From a virus: a stretch of 64,000 nt of DNA. The notes beneath the pieces are model-generated. The model did not search any database. It was not told where the DNA came from and was given only the letters and a program-made list of their open reading frames with translations. Below are positions 27,936-37,710 of the stretch, piece after piece. Where the stretch lies: positions 21,555-85,554 of the IMG/VR virus record IMGVR_UViG_3300049856_000265; one strand, given 5' to 3'. Positions within the stretch are counted from its first letter, which is position 1; each line of letters starts with the position of its first letter. The position numbers and the translations under genes are program-made.

Positions 27936-27948
27936 TTTTAGGAGAAAT

Positions 27949-28119
27949 ATGAAAAAATCAGCTAATGAACTTGCTAAAGGCTCTAGTCGTCGAAGACGAA
28001 ATGAACGAGCAAATACCTATCAAGCTATATTGAATGGCGAATTGGTATTGCCTAAAGTTAGAGTTAAAAAGCCTACTAAAAAGCAACGTCGTCTTGCTAA
28101 GGCGGCGCTAAATGGATAA
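27949..28119 (+). CDS. small highly basic protein (likely start MKKS at 27949)
   Basis: RBS AGGAG before the ATG at 27949. Confidence 0.6.
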   Translation: MKKSANELAKGSSRRRRNERANTYQAILNGELVLPKVRVKKPTKKQRRLAKAALNG

Positions 28120-28399
28120 TACACCTAAGTTTCAAGAACCCGTGCCCTTGTTTGCAGACGATGCCCCTTCTTTGATCAGCGATGAGCTAGCAAGTAAACT
28201 TAATCCAGAAGAAGGTCCTTTAACCGAAGCTGAGATTGAGAACTTTAAACGAGTCCTTTCTGGATTGCCTAAAGATAAGAAAGTTCGTCCTCAACGCTAT
28301 TGGTACAATGGTGACTTGATTAGTCGTGAAGAACATGATAAACTGAGCTGGCAAGAGAGACATGACAGTAGTAATCGTGGTAATAGTAGATTGAAATAG
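28112..28399 (+). CDS. hypothetical protein
   Basis: coupled ORF. Confidence 0.55.
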   Translation: MDNTPKFQEPVPLFADDAPSLISDELASKLNPEEGPLTEAEIENFKRVLSGLPKDKKVRPQRYWYNGDLISREEHDKLSWQERHDSSNRGNSRLK

Positions 28400-28622
28400 A
28401 TTTTACAGCGAGCTATAGGACGTCTAAAGGCTCCGCAAGGTAGGGGATGAATTCCTGATTGGTCCGGTAAAACGGACTAAGTGCTGTAAGTACGAGTCAC
28501 CTGCGCTGTGGTGAGATTGGCTAAGCAACTGTAACGGGTTTTATTAATATTGCCCAGTGCCTAAGAAATATTAGTAGCTGTGGACCTCGTGGCTAGAAGG
28601 GTGTAAGTCCCTAGGGGTACGA
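28400..28622 (+). ncRNA. structured intergenic RNA candidate upstream of primase-helicase
   Basis: TTACAGC/GCTGTAA, GTCCG-GTAAAA-CGGAC, TCACC/GGTGA, GGG-TGTAAGT-CCC. Confidence 0.5.
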
Positions 28623-28640
28623 TTTTATACTGGAGGAGAG

Positions 28641-30593
28641 ATGCAATTGGACTTTATTCGCGTTAGTTGTGGTCTTAACGACAAAGGCCGCCTTATCCCA
28701 GCTTCCGAACTTGGGAATGCAATTCAAGATCATAATAAAGATTACTATCGCTCTATTTTTAAGTACACCGATAAACATTATGCCGACTTTCAAAAGTCAG
28801 GCTCCGTAGCAGGCGTTACCGATCTATTGACGTCAAGCTTAGTTTTTGACTTCGATTCAGCTCTTAATCCAGAACTGGCGCGGCAAGATGCGGTAGAACT
28901 AGTTTCAAGGCTTATGAAAGCTGGAGTTAATACTGACGACTTTATGGTAGCTTTTAGCGGGCAAAAAGGCTTCAGCATTGAATTAGATACCCGCCATACC
29001 TTTACCCCTATCCAAATGAAGCGGTTAGCCTCAAATCTAGCTAAAGATCTTAAAACATTTGATACTAAGATCTACAACGCCTCTAGGATCTTCAGGTTGC
29101 CCTATACGAAGCATCCAAAGACTGGATTGTACAAACTACCTATTACGGTAGGCCAGCTTTCAGAGCTTAATATGGATCAAATTAAAGCCATGGCTAAAGA
29201 CTTGGATAATGCTGCAGATCCAGCTAATGCTGAAGTAACATTACCTGAGACTCTTTTGGATATCTTCCAGCCTGAGAAGGAAGTTAAGCCTGTTTATGAT
29301 GGCGAAGAGCTTAGCCAAGACTTTAAAACCTTGGACTTCTCGACTTGCCATAAGTCCATGCCTAAGTGCAAATTCTCATTGTTGAATGGGTTCTTTAAGC
29401 CAGGGAATAGAAACCATGCCTTGATGGCGCTAGCGGCGCATTATAAAAGCCATGGTACGCCTAAAGAAGTAACTTATCGCATCCTAAAAGGTGCAGCTGA
29501 ACTTCAAGCTCGTCGCTTTAATCAAGAACCTTATGAAAATGACAAGATCTGGAATGAAATCGTCAAAGTAGTTTATAGCCCGACTTGGAAGGGTGCAGTC
29601 TATTCCTGTAAAGATCAGGAATGGCTTAAAGAAGTCTGCCCTAATGACGGGATGTGTAATTCTAAGCAACGCGATTCGGTAACTGACGTTACGGAAATGG
29701 CTGCTAGTTTTACCGACTTCTCAACTAACCTTGAAAAGAATCTTATTAAAACTGGGCTTAAAAGTCTAGATGACAAGCTTATGCTTTTGACTTCGACCTC
29801 AGTAGGTCTTTTGGGTGCACCTGGATCAGGTAAAACTTCTTTAGCTCTTAAAATCCTAGCCAATGCTAAAGAGTCTGGTAGTTGTGGACTTTTCTGTTCT
29901 TTGGATATGGGTAAGCCCATTGTATTTGCTAAAATGGCCATGAGTGTTTCAGGACTTAATGATCGCGCACTTATCGACGTGTTTAAGAACAATCCAAAGA
30001 AGCGGGAAGAGATTAGCCGCGCCGTTAAAGAGAAGTACGGATCCTTTCCTATTTCCTTCAGGTCTGGGCAATCTGTCCAGGATGTTAAGGAACTCGTAAT
30101 TGATCAGCAGGAAAAACGTGGTGAAAAGATCAAGCTTGTAGTTTTGGATTACCTTGAGCTTATCGGTGGCCCCTATTCTGATGCCACAGCTAATTCTGCT
30201 TATATTTCAGCACAGCTTAAAGATCTTTCAACGGATCTTGAAACTTGCGTAATTACCTTGGTTCAACCTCAGAAGTCGGCGGGTGGTGCGGAAGTGCCGC
30301 TTGAGTCTATGCGCAAGATTAAAGGTGCCTCGGCTCTTGAGCAGAACTTTAGAACTATTCTTTCGGTATTTCGAGAAGGGTTTAGCCCAACGCATCCAGA
30401 AAATGATAAGTACATGACTATTAACTGCCTTAAAAACACTTTGGGTGGATTGTTTAGTGTAGATTACCGTTGGAGCGGCTTGCAAGGGGAGCTTTACGAG
30501 ATGACTTCAGAAGATAAGGTTGATTTGGCCTATCTTCGTGAACAAAATGCTAAGAAAAAAGATGATTCTAAAAGTTCAGGTTGGGGAGATTAA
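28641..30593 (+). CDS. primase-polymerase (AEP-like) fused to a DnaB-like SF4 helicase
   Basis: VFDFD, FSGQKGF, RIFRLPYTKH, GNRN; GAPGSGKT, VVLDYLEL, LVQP, KN. Confidence 0.85.
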   Translation: MQLDFIRVSCGLNDKGRLIPASELGNAIQDHNKDYYRSIFKYTDKHYADFQKSGSVAGVTDLLTSSLVFDFDSALNPELARQDAVELVSRLMKAGVNTDDFMVAFSGQKGFSIELDTRHTFTPIQMKRLASNLAKDLKTFDTKIYNASRIFRLPYTKHPKTGLYKLPITVGQLSELNMDQIKAMAKDLDNAADPANAEVTLPETLLDIFQPEKEVKPVYDGEELSQDFKTLDFSTCHKSMPKCKFSLLNGFFKPGNRNHALMALAAHYKSHGTPKEVTYRILKGAAELQARRFNQEPYENDKIWNEIVKVVYSPTWKGAVYSCKDQEWLKEVCPNDGMCNSKQRDSVTDVTEMAASFTDFSTNLEKNLIKTGLKSLDDKLMLLTSTSVGLLGAPGSGKTSLALKILANAKESGSCGLFCSLDMGKPIVFAKMAMSVSGLNDRALIDVFKNNPKKREEISRAVKEKYGSFPISFRSGQSVQDVKELVIDQQEKRGEKIKLVVLDYLELIGGPYSDATANSAYISAQLKDLSTDLETCVITLVQPQKSAGGAEVPLESMRKIKGASALEQNFRTILSVFREGFSPTHPENDKYMTINCLKNTLGGLFSVDYRWSGLQGELYEMTSEDKVDLAYLREQNAKKKDDSKSSGWGD

Positions 30594-30594
30594 T

Positions 30595-30906
30595 ATGGAA
30601 AATGATGTAGTGCCTGCGATCTTGTTTATCGGTGAAGTTGTCAAAGTAAGTACTAAGATTATGACAGAACTTGAACCTGAACCAGGTGAAGATGCTGAAG
30701 TTCAAACAGCTAGTGTCATGTTGTTGGGTACTGTTTTGGATAGTGATTGTATGTATTTGACATTGGGTGTAATTGATGAAGAAGGCGAATCGCACCCTAA
30801 ACTCGCCATTAAGCATGCAGATATTGAATCTATCCAAGTTTATGAAGACGATGTTGAAAATATGCTCGATCCAGCTAAAGCCGTTGACGGAAGTTTAATT
30901 AATTAA
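30595..30906 (+). CDS. acidic hypothetical protein (likely start MEND at 30595)
   Basis: RBS GGGGAG; lies between helicase and polymerase. Confidence 0.6.
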   Translation: MENDVVPAILFIGEVVKVSTKIMTELEPEPGEDAEVQTASVMLLGTVLDSDCMYLTLGVIDEEGESHPKLAIKHADIESIQVYEDDVENMLDPAKAVDGSLIN

Positions 30907-30909
30907 ATC

Positions 30910-33069
30910 ATGCGTAAAACAGAAGTAGTAACCTCCTCAGCTAGGCTTGAAGAGTTAACTGAGCTATTCTGGGAATCGCCCTATCTTGCGACCGATACTG
31001 AAACAACTGGCCTGAAGCGGTTTGACGAAGTAGTAGGCATCTCCTTTAGTCCTAATGCTGATTACGGTATTTATATCCCTATCAAGATCTGGAATGGTCA
31101 AGAATTAGTTAAGCCTTGGAAAGACGAGGCAGGTTGCTATGTTTTCGATTGGATTACTATGCAGTTATTAAAGTCTAAACGACTAATTACTCATAACGGA
31201 TCATTCGACGCTAAGGTAATAAATACGACGTTTGGTATTGATGTTATCGATAAGATCTTTTGTGATACTCAATTACTGCATCATACTCTTGATTCCGATC
31301 CACCCCACGGTCTTAAGCCGCTGGCCGCCAAGTTTATTAGTGAGGATGCTAATGCCTCCCAGGACGATTTAAAGGCCTCTGTAATAGCAAACGGCGGTAG
31401 TTGGAATGCCGAGAACAAGGAATTCTATAAAGGTAACTGGAAGCTTCTGGGGACATATGGTGCCTACGATACGATCTGGACCTATGCTTTGTTTGAGAAG
31501 TTCTGGGCCGAGCTGAACCTGCCTAAGAATGCGAAGCAGCTTAAACTATTCCAAGAAGAAGTTATGCCGCTTCAAGCCAGTACTTATGATATGGAAACTT
31601 ATGGAATTCGTGTGGATGTTGCCAAAACAGAAGTACTTAATGCGCAAATGGCTCAGCAAATTGAAGTTTTAGAAGATGAAGTCTACGCTACTATGTCCGA
31701 TCAGCTTAGATCGTACGAGCTTAATAAGATCTTTGAAACTACTAAGATGACCAAAGCTTCGGCTTTAGGTAAGGCTTTAATAGCCGCTAATCTTGAGCCT
31801 AATCCAGAAGATCCAAGAGTTCAAGATATCGCTTACGATTTAGCTATTAAAAGAAAAGAAACTAAACGAATCTTCAATTTAGATGCGGGAGATGACAAAG
31901 CTTTTCTGATCTATGATCTTATGGGAATTCCCTGTACTGAGTTTACAGCTTCGGGTAAGCGTAGTACTGCTAAATCTACTATGGATGCTTTAGCTGAAGC
32001 TAATGAAGATCGTAGCCCCGTCATTAAAATGATTAGGCAACGAAGTGGTGAAATCAAACAGAAAACTACTTATGTTGAGGCTATTCAATCCGACCATATT
32101 GATGGGCGAATCTATAGCGGTTTTCGTCAAGTAGGCACTACCTCAGGACGCTATAGCAGTGGGGGTAGTAGCATTAACATGCAGACCCTTCCTAAAAATG
32201 ACACTAGGATCAAGTCGCTGTTCATCCCAGATCCTGGATGGGTTTTTGTGGCGGCTGACTACTCAAGCCTAGAACCTAGAGCCTTTGCCGCAGCTAGCGG
32301 TGAGCCTAAACTTAAGAAGATTTTCACGGATGGGCTAGACTTCTATAGCTCTATCGCAATTGATGTATTAGGTTTGAAGGGGGTATCTGCTAATCCAGAA
32401 GATTCAGATTACTTGGGAACTGTAGATAAAGATAAAAGACAGTGGGTTAAGGCCATAGCACTCAGCATTCCCTATGGAGCAGAGGCTGGAAGATTAAGCC
32501 AATTATTAAAGGTTGATTATCAAGAAGCTCAAATAGTCGTTGATAAGTATTTAAAAGCCTTTCCCATTCTTAAACAATGGATGGATCGATGTGCTTTAGA
32601 GATGAAAATGAACGGCTATGTTGATGGAATCTCAGGTCGAAGAAAGCGCGGCGATATTGTTAAAGAATTATATGATAAAGGAGTTAGAGATTTCGGTAAA
32701 AAGAATACGGAAAAGGTCTTTAATAAAATAGGACCTAGAGAAGGCATAAAGGACGCCATCGGCCTATATCTAGAATGCCGTAATCTATTGAACGTATCCA
32801 GAAATCATAAAATTCAGTCATTAGCAGCTTCTATTTGCAATCGAGCTATGATTAAGTTCCGAGAGTCTATCAAGGCTTCAGATTTAAATGCTACAATTAT
32901 ACTTCAGGTGCATGACGAGCTTGTAGCTACTTGTCCTAAAGAACAAGCGGAAAGGGTAGCTGCCATACTAAAAGAATGTATGGAGCATAATGCCATTACT
33001 GCCATTTTGGATATTCCTTTTATAGCTGAACCGATCATTACTGATAAATCTCTTGCTGAAGCGAAATAG
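30910..33069 (+). CDS. polA: family A DNA polymerase with 3'-5' exonuclease
   Basis: DTETTG, HNGSFD, YGAYD; TTSGRYSS, ADYSSLEPR, KAIALSIPYG, QVHDE. Confidence 0.95.
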   Translation: MRKTEVVTSSARLEELTELFWESPYLATDTETTGLKRFDEVVGISFSPNADYGIYIPIKIWNGQELVKPWKDEAGCYVFDWITMQLLKSKRLITHNGSFDAKVINTTFGIDVIDKIFCDTQLLHHTLDSDPPHGLKPLAAKFISEDANASQDDLKASVIANGGSWNAENKEFYKGNWKLLGTYGAYDTIWTYALFEKFWAELNLPKNAKQLKLFQEEVMPLQASTYDMETYGIRVDVAKTEVLNAQMAQQIEVLEDEVYATMSDQLRSYELNKIFETTKMTKASALGKALIAANLEPNPEDPRVQDIAYDLAIKRKETKRIFNLDAGDDKAFLIYDLMGIPCTEFTASGKRSTAKSTMDALAEANEDRSPVIKMIRQRSGEIKQKTTYVEAIQSDHIDGRIYSGFRQVGTTSGRYSSGGSSINMQTLPKNDTRIKSLFIPDPGWVFVAADYSSLEPRAFAAASGEPKLKKIFTDGLDFYSSIAIDVLGLKGVSANPEDSDYLGTVDKDKRQWVKAIALSIPYGAEAGRLSQLLKVDYQEAQIVVDKYLKAFPILKQWMDRCALEMKMNGYVDGISGRRKRGDIVKELYDKGVRDFGKKNTEKVFNKIGPREGIKDAIGLYLECRNLLNVSRNHKIQSLAASICNRAMIKFRESIKASDLNATIILQVHDELVATCPKEQAERVAAILKECMEHNAITAILDIPFIAEPIITDKSLAEAK

Positions 33070-33087
33070 ATAGTCTATACTAAACTT

Positions 33088-33255
33088 ATGAAACAAAAAG
33101 ACAAGATCAAAAAGCTACTTAACGAAGCTTATGAAATGCTTAGTCGGCAGGTACTCCCTAGCGAAGAGCTGAAAGCGCGTGCTATGCTTAAAATGGCTAT
33201 TAATATCGTCTTGGATGCTGAGGACGAAGAAGCCCCTAAGAGCGGTGCTGTATGA
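33088..33255 (+). CDS. small hypothetical protein (55 aa, leaderless)
   Basis: TTGCTG-N17-TATACT-N6-ATG; MKQKDKIKKLLNEAYEML. Confidence 0.55.
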   Translation: MKQKDKIKKLLNEAYEMLSRQVLPSEELKARAMLKMAINIVLDAEDEEAPKSGAV

Positions 33256-33551
33256 ACGTAAGTATGGCTGTATTTATGCTAGTAGTTAATGCCATACTTA
33301 ATTTTATAGCAGTTGGTGCAAATGCTCAAGATGAAGAACGTCATGAAGTGAGTGGTTTTTGGTTTATTGTTGGACTTCTTAATATTTGGGCTATTTACGT
33401 AATGTTGGGGTAATAAAATGATCACTATTTGGACAGTACTCAAAATATGGTTTGCTTGGGTAGTTCTTGCCCCAGTTGTCGCCATCTTGACTATCTTTGG
33501 AATAGCCGTAAGCTATTCAGCTGTTCAAGAACTTTTTAGAAAGAAACATAA

Positions 33552-33896
33552 ATGAGCGTCCTGTCTGGTATCCAAGACACGTTCTATTTATTGGCTAGAG
33601 AAGGTAAAGAGCCTTCTTTTATCGAAATTGAAGCCAATGACTATGCGGCTTTACTAAATGAAATGGAATCGCAGCAATCCTATTATCTTAGAGATCCTAT
33701 GCCCGAGCCTCCAGTTGCCAAGTATACGGTTAATTGGTTTGGTGCAATTGATTCTAAAGAATACGATCATTCTGCTCCAGCCTATCTGGATGCGTTGAAG
33801 AAATGGCAAGATCAGCAAGAAGCTAAATCTAAAGAACCTCAAAAGCTTGTAATGTGGGCTCCTTGGGGTCAAGTCGAAATAAAAATGAAGAAATGA
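33552..33896 (+). CDS. hypothetical protein
   Basis: 114 aa ORF in the + operon. Confidence 0.55.
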   Translation: MSVLSGIQDTFYLLAREGKEPSFIEIEANDYAALLNEMESQQSYYLRDPMPEPPVAKYTVNWFGAIDSKEYDHSAPAYLDALKKWQDQQEAKSKEPQKLVMWAPWGQVEIKMKK

Positions 33897-34162
33897 AACT
33901 TCCTAAAGGCCGAGTAGTTTGGCAATATGTTTCAGGCGGCGGTATATACGGCATGAAAGATCGCGCCGCTAAGGGCGGTAGCGGTACGCTATCCTTACTT
34001 AAGATCGGATCATGCATGTTCATTACAGGAGATTTAGGACTAGTCACGACTCCAGTCCAGTCTATTGAAAAGATCGATGGCTGGTTTTATGTCAAAACCA
34101 TGAATTCAGTTTACAAAGTAGCTGAGCAAGAGTTCAAAAAGCCTAAGAAGAAAACTAAATGA
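33893..34162 (+). CDS. hypothetical protein (likely start MKLPKG at 33893)
   Basis: ATGA overlap; TTPVQSIE...KTMNSVYKV motif. Confidence 0.55.
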   Translation: MKLPKGRVVWQYVSGGGIYGMKDRAAKGGSGTLSLLKIGSCMFITGDLGLVTTPVQSIEKIDGWFYVKTMNSVYKVAEQEFKKPKKKTK

Positions 34163-34266
34163 AATACCTTATATTGTTTTTAATTATGAGTTGTTCGAAA
34201 CCTTTATGTAAAGATCGTCCTTGGAATTACTTTGATTTAGAATGTCAACCAAGCAGGCCTAAATGA
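34159..34266 (+). CDS. tiny putative lipoprotein (35 aa)
   Basis: MKYLILFLIMSC, ATGA overlap. Confidence 0.45.
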   Translation: MKYLILFLIMSCSKPLCKDRPWNYFDLECQPSRPK

Positions 34267-34403
34267 AATATCTGATCGTTCTAATCGCAGGAATCGCAGC
34301 TTTGACTTATATCGATCATCTTTATAACAAAGATCTTCAGCAAAGCCATGACTATAATCGTTGGGTAATCGAGCATTATTGCCATACTAATGGCGTTAAG
34401 TAA
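34263..34403 (+). CDS. small membrane-anchored protein (46 aa)
   Basis: MKYLIVLIAGIAALTY, ATGA overlap; last gene before the strand convergence. Confidence 0.45.
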   Translation: MKYLIVLIAGIAALTYIDHLYNKDLQQSHDYNRWVIEHYCHTNGVK

Positions 34404-34698
34404 GCTTAAGTACAATTGGAATATGATAGGCCCAATGACCTGGATCTTTAGCTATTCTATCCAATAAGCTATTACTGTTCATAATAATATCAGCAACTGG
34501 ATTACTAAATACTAGTTCTCCAGTATAGTCAAGCCTAACCTTAGTCGCGTAATGCAAAGTAAAAAGATCATTTAAACTACTACCAGGAATTGCCCGTTTA
34601 AGGCGATCTAAATCGCTATTCCTAAACTTAACTCCAAGCTCTTTGGCTTTTTTATGATAAAACTCAGCCCTAAGCTTGAATAACTTATCAGACTTCAT
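34396..34698 (-). CDS. hypothetical protein
   Basis: last gene of the minus-strand array. Confidence 0.5.
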   Translation of the reverse strand: MKSDKLFKLRAEFYHKKAKELGVKFRNSDLDRLKRAIPGSSLNDLFTLHYATKVRLDYTGELVFSNPVADIIMNSNSLLDRIAKDPGHWAYHIPIVLKLT

Positions 34699-34930
34699 TA
34701 GAGTCCAGTCCTAGTACTTCGGGCGAATGATCCAAGATGCCGTCGTATTCTTCCATACCATACTCGTAAAGCGCAGCTTCGCCGTTAATCGTAATCTCAA
34801 GATCGTTATGGACTAGCCGATAGTCTTTAAAGCCTTCCGGTGCAGTCTTATCATAAACTCGAAAAAACCATGTATCATCTAAGTCGCGATGCAATGTGCC
34901 TTTAAGGCCAGTAGCATTGATTGTTTTCAT
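34688..34930 (-). CDS. hypothetical protein
   Basis: coupled ORF. Confidence 0.55.
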   Translation of the reverse strand: MKTINATGLKGTLHRDLDDTWFFRVYDKTAPEGFKDYRLVHNDLEITINGEAALYEYGMEEYDGILDHSPEVLGLDSNEV

Positions 34931-35127
34931 TTGTCTTCCTTATTCATGACTATAAATTCGCCTTCAGTAGGCAGTTCTCCAGAAACTTCAAAATGTGCAA
35001 TAGCATCTGGTTCAAAACCGTAAAGATCTTGCAATTCAGAATAAATAGTAGTTCCAAAAGATGAGCCATGAGTAGTATTGGATTCCTCGCCCCATTCGTA
35101 TATAGGAATAAAGAAGACACTTTTCAT
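34927..35127 (-). CDS. hypothetical protein
   Basis: ATGA-coupled ORF. Confidence 0.55.
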   Translation of the reverse strand: MKSVFFIPIYEWGEESNTTHGSSFGTTIYSELQDLYGFEPDAIAHFEVSGELPTEGEFIVMNKEDK

Positions 35128-35606
35128 TTAGTGCTCGTCCATCTTCCAATTTCCTCGCCATTCCAGCCAAGGATAATGGTGCGTCGTTCCTTATCGTCTT
35201 CCTCAAAACGGGTAGCGCCCTTGATTAGCTCTGGATAGTCTGCCGAGCTGAGCAACTCCCTACGCAAATTAGGATGCTTCTTAAGGCATTGTTGATAAGC
35301 ATAATTGTAGACTTGCTTGCGCCACCAAAAGAGCGGGCGGCCAAAGACTTTACCGATAAATTCACTAATATAATAGATATCCAAAGACCAAAGCCAATTA
35401 GGATAGTTCTTATGCTTATAGCAATATCCAGGGAAGATCAAGCCATGAAGACTTTGATCATTAAATACTGCGTAGAATCTAATAGTGCCGTACTTTTCCT
35501 TAATTTGCCCGCCAAAGCGGCCATAGCGATGACTATAATGATAAAGAATGTCTTGGCAAGAATTCATGCCAGCATAGTCTGTAGTATCGTCATCGTAATA
35601 GCTCAT
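35124..35606 (-). CDS. hypothetical phage protein (QIKEKYGTIRFY motif)
   Basis: QxKEKxGxxRFY motif that recurs in phage proteins; RBS GAGG. Confidence 0.6.
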   Translation of the reverse strand: MSYYDDDTTDYAGMNSCQDILYHYSHRYGRFGGQIKEKYGTIRFYAVFNDQSLHGLIFPGYCYKHKNYPNWLWSLDIYYISEFIGKVFGRPLFWWRKQVYNYAYQQCLKKHPNLRRELLSSADYPELIKGATRFEEDDKERRTIILGWNGEEIGRWTSTK

Positions 35607-36475
35607 GTAATTACCTCAAATGTATTGGTTTCAATGCAATGCTTAATGAAAGGATATAAAGCATTGTGAAGCGCCTTATTAAAAGGCTTATCCAAAAGGC
35701 TAGCTTCGCCTATTTGATCTTCCTTAACTAGATCGGCTATGTAGTCTTTAACGATATCTGGCAAGGAACTTGGATATGACGTCCTGTACACCTCATTACG
35801 ACTAAGTAGCTTTTCAAGCCTGATAGGCTGTACCGTATAGCTGACGTCAATTGTAGGGGCTTGTGGGCCTTTAGGACGGCTATTGGGCAATCCTTTCCAC
35901 TTGGTTTCCTCAGCTGTAAAGACTTTCTTATATCGATTGCCGCCGATACTTACAACTACGCCTTCAACGCCCATAAAACCAGGAACTAGCTTCGAGCCGT
36001 TAGCCTTAAGATCGGCCATAACTTCGCCAATCTTAGCAGCGTCTACACCGCCTTTATAAAGGACCGGCACTACGCTAGTTTTAGGCGGCAAAGGACGCTC
36101 TTCTGGCCATTTCCAATGATCAAAGAGTACGAATTGCTTTTCAGTTAACCCTTCACCTGAATTAATGCCAGGACCTACCCATTCCCCAAAGTGTTGGCCT
36201 ACGCCTAGTTTTTGGATGAATTCTACAGCATTGGTATAGATAAAGCTCGCGAAGCCGTAGTTATCATTTTCAGGAGTAATCCAGCGAGTACGACTTCCTA
36301 CTTTAAGGATATACTGCTTACCATCAACTTCAATAAAAGGCGCATCTGGTTGAAACCCAGTAGCTTCTAGAACTTCGGCAATGTAAACTTGAGCATTAGT
36401 ACCATGCAACTTTTGAGTAATGAACATGGGAAGTCCATCAAGGCGTTTGATATCTGGGAATGCTTTGAATTCCAT
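35603..36475 (-). CDS. RNA ligase (Rnl2-like nucleotidyltransferase)
   Basis: motif I TQKLHGTN, GSRTRWI, DNYGFA, FGEWVGPGI, FVLFD, EGVVV, KK. Confidence 0.8.
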   Translation of the reverse strand: MEFKAFPDIKRLDGLPMFITQKLHGTNAQVYIAEVLEATGFQPDAPFIEVDGKQYILKVGSRTRWITPENDNYGFASFIYTNAVEFIQKLGVGQHFGEWVGPGINSGEGLTEKQFVLFDHWKWPEERPLPPKTSVVPVLYKGGVDAAKIGEVMADLKANGSKLVPGFMGVEGVVVSIGGNRYKKVFTAEETKWKGLPNSRPKGPQAPTIDVSYTVQPIRLEKLLSRNEVYRTSYPSSLPDIVKDYIADLVKEDQIGEASLLDKPFNKALHNALYPFIKHCIETNTFEVIT

Positions 36476-36476
36476 A

Positions 36477-36680
36477 TTACTTCTTCTCTAATGATTTAAT
36501 AAAAGTAATCATCATTTCATTTACACATTTAGCTTGAGCAAGTTCATTTTCTGGATAAAGTTCAGCACAATATTGCTTGAACCAGTCGGCGGCTAGGTCG
36601 ATCTTATGAGTAACTGTAACGTCTCCGCTTAGTTTAACTCCGCAACCTGTAAGCATTGCTAGTATCAATAAATACTTCAT
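36477..36680 (-). CDS. small lipoprotein
   Basis: MKYLLILAMLTGC lipobox; RBS AAGGAG. Confidence 0.7.
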   Translation of the reverse strand: MKYLLILAMLTGCGVKLSGDVTVTHKIDLAADWFKQYCAELYPENELAQAKCVNEMMITFIKSLEKK

Positions 36681-36844
36681 TTAAGCTCCTTATTGCACAT
36701 GATTTCAAACAAAGTAGTGCCTTGATCATTTTCAAGAACCATGAGATTGCATTTACGATATTTGTCGCGATAGCCCATATCGTAAAGGTCTTGGTTAGCG
36801 CTAGCGCATGAGGTTAGGAGTAGAATTAGAAGTAGGTATTTCAT
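36677..36844 (-). CDS. small lipoprotein (55 aa, not in ORF track)
   Basis: MKYLLLILLLTSC lipobox; ATGA overlaps at both ends. Confidence 0.65.
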   Translation of the reverse strand: MKYLLLILLLTSCASANQDLYDMGYRDKYRKCNLMVLENDQGTTLFEIMCNKELK

Positions 36845-37314
36845 TTGAATTCCTTATCTTCCGTGGCAGAGAGGGCTTGGCGGGCGAGAACAATCGCGGT
36901 GTCTAAATCGTATCTAGTTCGATCAAGAAACTCGTCGTCTCGACTCGACGGCATCATTTCGTATTCCCATTTACCGACATTGTTCAGAACATTGCTGCCG
37001 CGCTTAACTTTCCACGTGTTTTTTTCCCAATGCGTTTTAATTACTTCAATACAGTTTGAACTCATCGGGTGTCCAAAGGTGAATTGGCTGCATGTCGCGA
37101 GTTTTGCTTCGAGGGCTGCGATGCGGTTGGCTGCTAACTTTTTAATCTCAAGATTTTGCCGCATCATTGCCTCCAGCTCCTCAATCCGTATGGCGTCCTT
37201 CTCGAATTCGGCGGCGATGTCTGCGCAAAGCGAGTCATAAACGTCGCAAGAGTCTTGTGCCTTTGCATTCTCAACAATCTGTTTTGCACGTTCGGGCGCA
37301 CTCTTCGTAGTCAT
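36841..37314 (-). CDS. hypothetical protein
   Basis: coiled coil plus WEYEMMPSSRDDEFLDRTRY motif. Confidence 0.6.
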   Translation of the reverse strand: MTTKSAPERAKQIVENAKAQDSCDVYDSLCADIAAEFEKDAIRIEELEAMMRQNLEIKKLAANRIAALEAKLATCSQFTFGHPMSSNCIEVIKTHWEKNTWKVKRGSNVLNNVGKWEYEMMPSSRDDEFLDRTRYDLDTAIVLARQALSATEDKEFK

Positions 37315-37488
37315 TCCCCGTTCTCCTTAGACCAAAGCATACCATTTCTAACGTAATCTCTAAGTTGTTCAAGATTTGTACTTACTATAAAGGCCCATGG
37401 ATAATCAACATGCATTTTATAAGGCGCAAGTTGTTCTAGTTTATGATCAATTGCTTCAACCAATTGCCTTTTAGCTAGCAAATAACCT

Positions 37489-37710
37489 TCACTTGGATGT
37501 TTCATTGAGTGCCTTAATAAGAGCATCTGCCAACATTACGGCAGTAGTTGGATGTTCTTGAACTAATCTATTAGGACTATTATGTGCCCCTGGAATAGCA
37601 CAAACGCAAAGTCCTTGCAAAGCAAGTGCTGCGAAGTATTCGCGTTTAGTAATGCCTGGTTCATTAAGCATATTTACAATTGCTGGAAAAGCCGGTTCAT
37701 CTGGTTTCAT
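37489..37710 (-). CDS. conserved small phage protein
   Basis: PAFP...GITKREYFAALALQGL motif; RBS GGAGG. Confidence 0.7.
   Translation of the reverse strand: MKPDEPAFPAIVNMLNEPGITKREYFAALALQGLCVCAIPGAHNSPNRLVQEHPTTAVMLADALIKALNETSK

Noticed and set aside
27529-27948. ORFs 27716-27901, 27529-27858(-) and the 5' part of 27901-28119; likewise 16428-16693(-)
   Set aside because: No RBS, atypical composition, and they overlap the structured RNAs. The real start is probably 27949 after AGGAG.
14130-33069. Introns or inteins in nrdA, helicase or polA
   Set aside because: Each is one uninterrupted ORF of normal or compact length; the HNH genes are free-standing.
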